From IMG/VR virus record IMGVR_UViG_3300014039_000004: 64,000 bases of DNA. One strand, given 5' to 3'. Below the pieces are notes generated by a model, which did not search any database, was not told the origin of the DNA, and saw nothing but the letters and a program-made list of their open reading frames with translations. Below are positions 48,142 to 54,920 of this stretch, piece by piece. The stretch's first letter is position 1. Every line of letters begins with the position of its first letter. This DNA is from a virus. The translations under genes and the position numbers were made by a program.

Positions 48142-48315
48142 TTATTCAAATTTAATATTATTACCATAATTATCATCTGATTCTTCAAGTTTTTCACCAT
48201 AAAGGTCATAACTATCAAAATCAGATGATAAACAATCAGTATCAATATTTACAGCAATATCATCAAAATAGTCATTCATATTATTATTTATTAGATAAGT
48301 GCAAATATAATACAT
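48142..48315 (-). CDS. small acidic protein (57 aa, or 45 aa from the internal ATG at 48279)
   Basis: Hand-translated as ..MNDYFDDIAVNIDTDCLSSDFDSYDLYGEKLEESDDNYGNNIKFE. The first ATG (48315) is abutted by motif copy M11. Confidence 0.4.
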   Translation of the reverse strand: MYYICTYLINNNMNDYFDDIAVNIDTDCLSSDFDSYDLYGEKLEESDDNYGNNIKFE

Positions 48316-48332
48316 ATCTTCTACAGGGGAGC
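48316..48332 (+). repeat. G-run motif copy M11 (forward)
   Basis: atcttctacaggggagc, intergenic. It abuts the ATG at 48315 of a small - strand ORF. Confidence 0.9.
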
Positions 48333-48349
48333 TATTTTGAACTATTTAT

Positions 48350-48817
48350 TTATAATACTTTATGTTTAATTAAAAATTTAGAATTATAATTATAATCAAT
48401 ATAACCATTACTTTCTAATGTATCATCTTCTGAAATTACTTTATTTTTATATGTTTCATCTTTATAATATTTATAATCTTTTGTATTTTTATCATCACCA
48501 TCTTTTATATATTTATAAGGATGATATATAACAGTATAATATAAATTATTAAGAATATTATCAACAACTATATTTTTAATCTCTTTAAATACAAAATCAT
48601 TATTATTTTGTATATATTCTTTAATCTTATCAATATCAAAATCTTCAATAGTTAATAAAACATCATCTAACTTATTAGTTAATAGTTTAATTAACTGTTG
48701 TTCGATTTTATCTTGATTATAGGGATTACTATTAATAAAAGAAGTAATAACTAAATCTTTAACTTTACTGGCATTATCACTATGTTCAAAAAGAAAATTA
48801 ATAAGTTGATTATTCAT
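48350..48817 (-). CDS. hypothetical protein bracketed by an inverted motif pair
   Basis: 155-aa ORF. M11 lies 17 nt beyond its stop codon and M12 lies 40 nt upstream of its ATG. Confidence 0.65.
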   Translation of the reverse strand: MNNQLINFLFEHSDNASKVKDLVITSFINSNPYNQDKIEQQLIKLLTNKLDDVLLTIEDFDIDKIKEYIQNNNDFVFKEIKNIVVDNILNNLYYTVIYHPYKYIKDGDDKNTKDYKYYKDETYKNKVISEDDTLESNGYIDYNYNSKFLIKHKVL

Positions 48818-48857
48818 AATATTTTTATTTTTAATAGTTTTATTGTTAGATTGATGA

Positions 48858-48874
48858 ACTCCCCTGTAGAAGAA
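48858..48874 (-). repeat. G-run motif copy M12 (reverse)
   Basis: actcccctgtagaagaa, intergenic, 40 nt upstream of the ATG at 48817. Confidence 0.9.
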
Positions 48875-48885
48875 TATAGATGAGT

Positions 48886-48921
48886 AAGAGTATTAATAAT
48901 ATTACTATTACTAATACTCTT
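48886..48921 (-). terminator. hairpin after the lipoprotein gene
   Basis: 10-bp stem aagagtatta/taatactctt with a 16-nt loop, 7 nt after the stop codon. No clear U-tract. Confidence 0.4.
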
Positions 48922-48928
48922 TTAAATA

Positions 48929-49216
48929 TTACTTAGAATATTTTCTACCCATTTTTATTTGAACTTCTTTAGGAAGATAATTTTTATAAAGTTTACCACT
49001 TTTTTTAGATAGTTTCCAAATATAATAAGCACCATTACGAGATTTATAAACTTTATATACATTATCTGTTGTTCGATAAGTATATGTTGTAGTAGTATCA
49101 GTAAATGTTACTTTATTTTTACTAGGAGCTTTAAATTCTTGTGCATTACAAGCTGCTATTGAAGCAATAAAAATAATGCTACCAATAATAATTTTACCTA
49201 ATGTATTTGCATTCAT
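48929..49216 (-). CDS. putative secreted lipoprotein
   Basis: 95 aa. The N-terminal signal peptide ends in the lipobox-like IAAC (Cys23). Confidence 0.6.
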   Translation of the reverse strand: MNANTLGKIIIGSIIFIASIAACNAQEFKAPSKNKVTFTDTTTTYTYRTTDNVYKVYKSRNGAYYIWKLSKKSGKLYKNYLPKEVQIKMGRKYSK

Positions 49217-49240
49217 ATTATTTATAATTATAAGTTTATA

Positions 49241-49624
49241 TTATTTACATTCAATAAAAAGATTATCATCAAATTGTTCATATTCAGTATTAACTAATTC
49301 ATCTTTACTAATACTATCAAATCTAATATAAAAACTATCATATTGTAATATTACTATAAAAGGATATAAATTATTAACACGAACATTATTTTTATTTTTT
49401 AATGATTTAAGTAATTTATCTTCATCGTTTTCTACTATTTTGATATTAATAACATTAATAGGTAAATAACAAGCATTAAAATTATTAATAAGATTAGCAG
49501 CTCGTCCACTAATAAGATAATCAATATCTTTATTAATGCTATTAAGTACTTTTTTAAGTTTAAAATTAATAAATCTTACAGTAGCACGATTTACAAGTCT
49601 TGATTTGTTACTAATTTGTTCCAT
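49241..49624 (-). CDS. hypothetical protein
   Basis: The track ORF extends to 49684, but those codons overlap the tRNA-like element. I prefer the internal ATG at 49624 (MEQISNKS...). Confidence 0.55.
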   Translation of the reverse strand: MEQISNKSRLVNRATVRFINFKLKKVLNSINKDIDYLISGRAANLINNFNACYLPINVINIKIVENDEDKLLKSLKNKNNVRVNNLYPFIVILQYDSFYIRFDSISKDELVNTEYEQFDDNLFIECK

Positions 49625-49665
49625 AGTTGTATTATTTAAATGTTTATAAAGTTGATTAATTCTAG

Positions 49666-49730
49666 GGAGACATACAGGATTCAAACCTGTATCTACAATA
49701 GTAGGTTTTGCTCTATTAAACTAATGTCCC
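49666..49730 (-). pseudogene. truncated tRNA-like element (65 nt, no canonical D and anticodon arms)
   Basis: On the - strand: a 7-bp acceptor gggacat/atgtctc and a perfect T arm acagg-tttgaat-cctgt. Only 31 nt lie between them, and these fold as taatag-(11 nt)-ctattg. Confidence 0.35.
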
Positions 49731-49738
49731 CATTCAAC

Positions 49739-49861
49739 TTAATGTTGAATACCTATATTAACAGGATTTACAATATCAACAATAATACTCCAAGCAAGTT
49801 CTTGTTGACCTTGAGTTTCTGCTTTAAAAAAAGCATCTAAGTAATAACCTAATTGTTTCAT
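49739..49861 (-). CDS. small hypothetical protein (40 aa), below the ORF-track cutoff
   Basis: Hand-translated as MKQLGYYLDAFFKAETQGQQELAWSIIVDIVNPVNIGIQH. It ends 8 nt before the tRNA-like element. Confidence 0.3.
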   Translation of the reverse strand: MKQLGYYLDAFFKAETQGQQELAWSIIVDIVNPVNIGIQH

Positions 49862-49906
49862 AGTTTTAATATTAATAATAGTTTTATTATTTAAACTATC
49901 AATGTG

Positions 49907-49953
49907 TCCTAGACAATTTCTAACCTTGTTACAATAGTTTTATTTACTAGGAC
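49907..49953. repeat. nested stem-loop element E1 with invariant 17-mer
   Basis: Outer stem gtcctag/ctaggac; inner stem acaa/ttgt with loop tttctaacc; invariant tacaatagttttattta at 49930-49946. It lies 8 nt from the stop of 49962..50183. Confidence 0.7.
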
Positions 49954-49961
49954 TAATAGTA

Positions 49962-50183
49962 TTATTTGAATACTATAAACAAACCATATTCATTAGAATA
50001 TATATCTGTAATATCAGTATCACAAATTGTTACTATATTTTGAATTTTGACAACAGTTACATCAACATTACTTAAAATATTGATGACAGCTTTTCTTGCT
50101 AAAGTATTATTAGCAAATTTAATGTCAAGTGAGCTATTAACCATGCTACAACTTTCAACTCTTCTAAATCTAATTGTTTTCAT
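49962..50183 (-). CDS. small protein, paralog A of a tandem pair
   Basis: 73 aa, roughly 40 percent identical by eye to 50485..50706 (MK.IRF.RVE ... KF...T.AR ... VDVTV ... NE.G.FI.F). Confidence 0.7.
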   Translation of the reverse strand: MKTIRFRRVESCSMVNSSLDIKFANNTLARKAVINILSNVDVTVVKIQNIVTICDTDITDIYSNEYGLFIVFK

Positions 50184-50426
50184 ACTTGTAAATTTTAATT
50201 GTTAAAGAATTGATAATCTATAAACCCATCAAGGATAACTTAATTATCATGAATTGTATCACTTATAATATAAGTTACAATCAAGTTTAAGAGTTTCAAT
50301 TACTATTTCATTTATGCACTCTTTAAGTTAATGAAAAGAATAGTTCTTATATACTCTGAACTATTAATATGAGGAATATTATTATTCTCACGAACCATAA
50401 TATTAAAAACCATAAAAATTCTAAGT

Positions 50427-50474
50427 CTCCACTCTGAGTTCTAACCTCAGTACAATAGTTTTATTTAAGTGGAG
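50427..50474. repeat. nested stem-loop element E2 with invariant 17-mer
   Basis: Outer stem ctccact/agtggag; inner stem ctgag/ctcag with loop ttctaac; invariant 17-mer at 50451-50467. It lies 10 nt from the stop of 50485..50706. Confidence 0.75.
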
Positions 50475-50484
50475 TATTAGGATA

Positions 50485-50706
50485 TTATCTAAAAGTTATA
50501 AAATATCCTTCTTCATTGACTTCAATGTTACAATTAAAGCCAATAGTAATCTGAACTGTAGCATTAATACGATATACAGTAACATCTACTTGCTGTAAAA
50601 TTTTTGCAGCAGTATTTCTAGCTACTGTATCATCATTAAATTTAAAAATAGCTATACCATTCTCAAATCTAAATGCTTCAACTCTTGAAAATCTAATTTG
50701 TTTCAT
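50485..50706 (-). CDS. small protein, paralog B of a tandem pair
   Basis: 73 aa. See the entry for 49962..50183. Confidence 0.7.
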   Translation of the reverse strand: MKQIRFSRVEAFRFENGIAIFKFNDDTVARNTAAKILQQVDVTVYRINATVQITIGFNCNIEVNEEGYFITFR

Positions 50707-51097
50707 ACTTTTGTTATTTACTTATACTTATTTATTTTAATAGTTCACAGATACAGAGCCATTATTAATCATATTAATAGTTTCTCTCTGTATTTCGTCC
50801 AGTCTCATCAGTGTAAATTTTAACGTCTCCTGGATGACGACTATTATTAGACTAAATAATAGTATCTAACTCTTGAATAGTTTCTCTTATAGTCTGTTTA
50901 AGCCATTATTCAAAAGTATAAGCACTAGTTTATACGCTTATTTATGTAAGGTATCTTCTTACAATACTTTTTTCAACATTATTATTATTATAGTTTCTAT
51001 ATGAAGTACCATATCCATTATAATAATAAAAAAGCACACTTGTATTAATAAGCAGTTTATACACTTGCTTAGGTGTTTCTGTTTCTTAGATATTATA

Positions 51098-51505
51098 TTA
51101 AAAATCTATCTTTAAAATCTCTCTAATAACATCTGATAATTTTGATTGAAGCAAAATTGTAAGTTCTCCATCTCTCTCTAAGATAAATTTGAACTCTATT
51201 CCATTTTTTATCCAATGTCCTGAACGATAATATATCTTATACTTGGAAAGTCTATCTTTAGAAAGAGAAGCTGCTAAAGCAAGAAGATTAATATTTTGAC
51301 CTTTTGCTGCTAAAGCATTTCCTTTAGTCTTAATATTATCAATTATGCTTCCTGTATGAAAACTAAATTGCATAATTTCACCCTTACTTTTTTTTAAATA
51401 AGAGTTTGCAATTTCTAGAAATTCTTCATAAGAACTAAACTTTTCTCCAAAGAATCCAGTTCCTTCAAAACTATTTTCTATTTTAATATTTACGTAATAT
51501 TCCAT
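51098..51505 (-). CDS. hypothetical protein
   Basis: 135-aa ORF flanked by long spacers. Confidence 0.6.
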   Translation of the reverse strand: MEYYVNIKIENSFEGTGFFGEKFSSYEEFLEIANSYLKKSKGEIMQFSFHTGSIIDNIKTKGNALAAKGQNINLLALAASLSKDRLSKYKIYYRSGHWIKNGIEFKFILERDGELTILLQSKLSDVIREILKIDF

Positions 51506-51860
51506 AATGTTCTTATTTAATAATGATATTACTATTTATAATAGCTATAATATGTATTATTACTATACTAATTAGTATTATTATTAGTATGATATTTATC
51601 AGTTGTAAAAACAACTTCAATGAGTTTGAGATTATGAGTAGGAGAATTAGAATTAACAGAAAAGTGAGATTGAGAGATAGTACCACTTACACTTCCTCTT
51701 ATTTCTATACTCCTACCATATCTTTCAGGTTCTTCAACACTTATTAGAATATTTATCTAACAAGGTAAATCACTTCCATTATTCCAAAAGTGATTATTGC
51801 TTCTATTACTAAAAGCAAACAAAATTTCAAATCGTCCATATCTTCATCTATTTTATTGTT

Positions 51861-51906
51861 CCCACTATGAGTTCTACTCTCATTACAATAGTTTTATTTA
51901 AGTGGG
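51861..51906. repeat. nested stem-loop element E3 with invariant 17-mer
   Basis: Outer stem cccact/agtggg; inner stem atgag/ctcat with loop ttctact; invariant 17-mer at 51884-51900. It lies 9 nt from the stop of 51916..52167. Confidence 0.75.
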
Positions 51907-51915
51907 AAAATAGTG

Positions 51916-52167
51916 TTATAGTTCAACACTAACACCAATTTCTTCAGGTTTATCAATAACATAACCTAAAGAAACATTTGTTGTATCAGTGATATAAATA
52001 TCACCATCTTTTACAACAAACTTGCCCTCAAGACCTAAATTAATAAGTCTTTCAGACTCGAACTTAGCACGAGCAGCATTACGAAAAATGATACCAAACT
52101 GCTTGTTACTCACTACTGTACCTTGTACGTGGTATAACGTTGTGTGCTTTCTTTCTCGCATAGTCAT
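51916..52167 (-). CDS. hypothetical small protein
   Basis: 83-aa ORF, GC-richer, followed by nested stem-loop element E3. Confidence 0.6.
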   Translation of the reverse strand: MTMRERKHTTLYHVQGTVVSNKQFGIIFRNAARAKFESERLINLGLEGKFVVKDGDIYITDTTNVSLGYVIDKPEEIGVSVEL

Positions 52168-52190
52168 ATCTTATTGTTTTGATTATTGTT

Positions 52191-52234
52191 AGAGTACTTA
52201 GTACAACATTATAAAACATTGTACCAAATACTCT
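52191..52234 (-). terminator. nested hairpin after gene 52249..52740
   Basis: Outer stem agagta/tactct and inner stem gtacaa/ttgtac. It lacks the E-element 17-mer. Confidence 0.4.
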
Positions 52235-52248
52235 AATATTATCTAAAT

Positions 52249-52740
52249 TTAGCCTAGCAACAACTTCATTGCTAATGCTTCAAGCATCTTTAGTCCAATA
52301 GGACTTAAACGTATATTCACGATATGATTAATAATCACATCATGGTCATACGTTTTACCATCACCATCATTATCAGACCATGGATTATGCCAAACTTGAC
52401 CTGCAGCTACAGGTTCTTGAATGACATCAAATGTAGCTCTTGACAAAAGTACTTGAAGAGCTTCTGGATGTTCAACGATATGATTAGCAGCAAAAGCTGT
52501 ATTATCATCATCCTTGAATTGAGAACTAATACTAAAACTACTTACGAATACTAAAGTAGTCTTAGCAGGATTGTAAATTCCATTCTCATCTTGAACATAT
52601 CCATCAACCTCAGTATCGGTACTAAGACCAATACGAGTGTAGTTCTCTTCATGACTAATAGTCACGTTACGAATTTTAATATTGTTCACACGTTTGGCAC
52701 CTTCTTTAAGAAGGGCATCAATTACTTTCTTTGTCTCCAT
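52249..52740 (-). CDS. hypothetical protein, paralog of 53333..53818
   Basis: 163 aa. Shared blocks with its paralog: G(Y/F)V..(E/D)(N/D)G, LL(SR/RG)AT, AG(Q/E)V and HDV.I..I. GC-richer codon use. Confidence 0.7.
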   Translation of the reverse strand: METKKVIDALLKEGAKRVNNIKIRNVTISHEENYTRIGLSTDTEVDGYVQDENGIYNPAKTTLVFVSSFSISSQFKDDDNTAFAANHIVEHPEALQVLLSRATFDVIQEPVAAGQVWHNPWSDNDGDGKTYDHDVIINHIVNIRLSPIGLKMLEALAMKLLLG

Positions 52741-52876
52741 GATTATAATGTTTAAGTTGTTGGAGATTGTTTATAAAACTTTTAATACTAAATATTAGTG
52801 GAAGTCTTATTTGAACACTAATATTAGGACAATATACAAATATCGAACTCTTACTTGGAGTTTGACAAATGTTTGA

Positions 52877-52902
52877 TATTGCCAAAACTTGCATTATTGA
52901 GA
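52877..52902 (-). promoter_or_regulatory. conserved 26-nt upstream block, copy 1
   Basis: tattgccaaaacttgcattattgaga matches 53881-53906 at 25 of 26 positions. It lies upstream of the ATG at 52740. Confidence 0.6.
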
Positions 52903-52954
52903 CGAGCAGGACTTGTATTATTGAGATGAGCACTTGCTCTATTGAGATGAGCAG
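52887..52954 (-). promoter_or_regulatory. three tandem 22-24-bp repeats (operator or UP-like)
   Basis: The units are acttgcattattgagacgagcag, acttgtattattgagatgagcac and cttgctctattgagatgagcag, starting at 52887, 52911 and 52933. Confidence 0.6.
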
Positions 52955-52955
52955 A

Positions 52956-53015
52956 ATTATTTAAGTTGATTGATGCAATACTAATTAAAATATTACATCA
53001 ATCAACTTAAATAAT
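52956..53015 (-). terminator. 20-bp perfect hairpin after gene 53021..53272
   Basis: attatttaagttgattgatg (52956-52975) pairs with catcaatcaacttaaataat (52996-53015), with a 20-nt loop. The U-tract is weak. Confidence 0.55.
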
Positions 53016-53020
53016 CAAGA

Positions 53021-53272
53021 TTAGAGCACAGTATCAAATGGTGGTACATATTCTGCAATAAGCATAATATCTCGATTATCACCATACTCTAAACGAGCAC
53101 TATAATACTGATTACAGCAATAGTGCTTGGTGAGTTTCTCGAATCTGAGATTGTAGTTAGATTCAAGATAACTATAAAGTTCATCTTGATTATCTAATAC
53201 AAAATCTGTACAGATGATTGACACTCCGTGAAAAACATCTGCTCCTTGTAGACTGACAACAAATTTAATCAT
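53021..53272 (-). CDS. hypothetical small protein
   Basis: 83-aa ORF followed by a 20-bp perfect hairpin. Confidence 0.6.
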   Translation of the reverse strand: MIKFVVSLQGADVFHGVSIICTDFVLDNQDELYSYLESNYNLRFEKLTKHYCCNQYYSARLEYGDNRDIMLIAEYVPPFDTVL

Positions 53273-53332
53273 TGTTTCATGTTTTAGTGATGAAAGAGGA
53301 TAGTGAGCACTAAGCCCACTATCCTCCTTGAA

Positions 53333-53818
53333 TCAGTCTTCGAGCATGGCTGCCATGACAACCTTGTCAATCAAGTCCAGACTGCGTTGTGTTAGACTAC
53401 ACTTGATGATGTCTACAATGTAAACATCATGCTCAAGTGCATCCTCAGCACCTTCAAGAACTTCACCTGCACTATGCAGTGTGTAATTGAAGGTGATTGT
53501 AGCACCACGAAGTAGTGTACTCCAACGAGCCTGATTGAAAGCATGAGACTTGATACCACGAAATGTGGCAATGTCATCATTCACTGCACAAAGTTGTGCA
53601 GTAGCAGCTTTAGTGTTGAGGTTAATGAAGTCAACCTCACCATTAGCAAAAGTGCCGTCATCTTTACGAACGAAGCCTTTCAGCTTCTTATCAATGATGA
53701 CATGGAGCTTGCCTCCAAACTCTTCGTCGAAAAGAGTCACTGACTGTACTGTGGCCACGATGGTCTCAGTCACGTTCTTCACTGCATTCACACTCGCATT
53801 GTTTGCTGTTTTTCCCAT
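53333..53818 (-). CDS. hypothetical protein, paralog of 52249..52740
   Basis: The track start at 53914 would translate the conserved upstream regulatory block. I prefer the internal ATG at 53818 (MGKTANN...). This is the GC-richest stretch of the window. Confidence 0.65.
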   Translation of the reverse strand: MGKTANNASVNAVKNVTETIVATVQSVTLFDEEFGGKLHVIIDKKLKGFVRKDDGTFANGEVDFINLNTKAATAQLCAVNDDIATFRGIKSHAFNQARWSTLLRGATITFNYTLHSAGEVLEGAEDALEHDVYIVDIIKCSLTQRSLDLIDKVVMAAMLED

Positions 53819-53880
53819 TGTTGTAGAATTTTTATGGTTATTGGGAACAAGAGTTACATGAACTCTAGCAACAGACTTTC

Positions 53881-53906
53881 TATTGCCAAAACTTGTATTA
53901 TTGAGA
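53881..53906 (-). promoter_or_regulatory. conserved 26-nt upstream block, copy 2
   Basis: tattgccaaaacttgtattattgaga, upstream of the ATG at 53818. A further repeat unit, cttgcactattgagatgagcat, lies at 53931-53952. Confidence 0.6.
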
Positions 53907-54010
53907 ATGAACAATTTGACGAAGTCAAATCTTGCACTATTGAGATGAGCATGACGGGGGTATTGACAATCGTTATCAGACCCAGGGGGTCTCTCGTATA
54001 TAGGCTCACG

Positions 54011-54278
54011 CTTTTACAATTACATCTTTTACTTTTTATCCTTATCCTCATTTTCACCTTCATCTTTACTCTCACTCTCACTCTCACTCTCACGCTTTCA
54101 CTATTACACTTTTTATCCTTATCTTTATCATCATACTTTTTATCTTTATTTTTATCTTTATCTTTATCTTTATCATCCTCATTCTCATCTTTATTCTTAC
54201 TTTACTTTTTACTTTTTACTTTTTTACTTTTACTCTTACTTTCACTCTCTCATAATTATATTATTATATTATTTATAA
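54011..54278. repeat. G-free pyrimidine-rich microsatellite tract
   Basis: Only one G (54094) occurs in 268 nt. The tract contains (CTCACT)x3.8 at 54071-54093, (TTTATC)x4 at 54151-54174 and TTTTAC-type repeats at about 54196-54245. Confidence 0.9.
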
Positions 54279-54487
54279 GTTTATAAAACTTATTATTAGT
54301 ATTTGTTCCATTATTATCAATTTTATTATTTATAAAAGCTCCAAGTTCTATATCTTCAAGTTTATAAAGTTCTACAAATTTTAAAATACTATCAATATGT
54401 CTTAAATTATATCAAATACTACCAATAAGTTTATTAAGTTTATCTTTTCTATTATTTTTAATTCTATTAGTTTGATTAGATTTATTA

Positions 54488-54504
54488 GCTCCCCCGTAGA
54501 AGAA
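54488..54504 (-). repeat. G-run motif copy M13 (reverse)
   Basis: gctcccccgtagaagaa, in the centre of the large non-coding region. Confidence 0.9.
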
Positions 54505-54599
54505 TTGTATGATTATAAATCACTTTACTATTAATACTATTACTTATATTATTACTTGGAGTATTATATTAAAATAAAATATTAAATTAATTATAATGT

Positions 54600-54800
54600 T
54601 TTAAGTAATATTAGAACTGATAATAAAGAAAGTGTAGATTGTATTGTAATTAATGGTAGAAGAGATGTTAATAAACTTGTAGAGTGTGATAAGAATGATA
54701 AGAGAAATAGTGAAAGAAGTGATAGAAGTGATAGTGCAACTAATGTTGATAAAGCTAAAAGTGATAGTGAAAGAAATAGTAAAGCTAATAGTGAATCTTA
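54600..54800. repeat. C-poor purine/T-rich tract with GTGATAG/GTGAAAG-type repeats
   Basis: It has about 8 C against several-fold more G by eye. It is the compositional mirror image of 54011-54278. Confidence 0.8.
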
Positions 54801-54806
54801 TATTAT

Positions 54807-54827
54807 TTTATTTAATATTTTAATTTT
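54807..54827 (+). repeat. exact 21-mer, copy C
   Basis: It lies in the large non-coding region and overlaps the first 4 nt of the 22-bp palindrome. Confidence 0.8.
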
Positions 54828-54845
54828 ATATCTATAGATATAAAA
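54824..54845. promoter_or_regulatory. perfect 22-bp palindrome
   Basis: ttttatatctatagatataaaa; all 11 pairs checked by hand. Confidence 0.9.
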
Positions 54846-54886
54846 TTTATATATTATATAATTAATAATAATCTTCTATTTACGCC

Positions 54887-54920
54887 TATGTGTGTGCGTA
54901 TGTGTGCGTATATGCGCACG
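54887..54920. other. 34-nt perfectly alternating pyrimidine-purine tract (Z-DNA-prone) with tandem tgtgtgcgta x2 and a near-palindrome
   Basis: The tract reads tatgtgtgtgcgtatgtgtgcgtatatgcgcacg. The exact 10-mer occurs at 54891-54900 and 54901-54910. gtgcgtatatgcgcac (54904-54919) is palindromic except for one pair. Confidence 0.85.

Noticed and set aside
46715-49730. The tRNA genes or tRNA-like fragment as attP sites of a temperate phage.
   Set aside because: No integrase, excisionase or repressor-like gene is recognisable anywhere in the window.
50434-50450. The inner hairpin of E2 (ctgag-ttCTAac-ctcag) looks like an amber-suppressor anticodon arm. This matters because some crAss-like lineages reassign stop codons.
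   Set aside because: No D arm, T arm or acceptor stem surrounds it. E1 and E3 have different loops. All long ORFs, including the 4609-aa and 2677-aa ones, are open under the standard code, so there is no sign of recoding here.
51523-51747. A 74-aa + strand ORF with a hydrophobic N-terminus, located in a spacer of the - strand block.
   Set aside because: It is the only + strand candidate in 26 kb, its composition is what AT-rich non-coding DNA yields, and it has no supporting signal. I left it unannotated, but it is not strictly excluded.
52718-54286. ORFs 52718..52933 (-), 53834..54286 (+) and 53854..54093 (-).
   Set aside because: They translate the tandem regulatory repeats or the CTCACT and TTTATC microsatellites, giving strings such as LTLTLTL or RVRVRV. 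They are not credible proteins.
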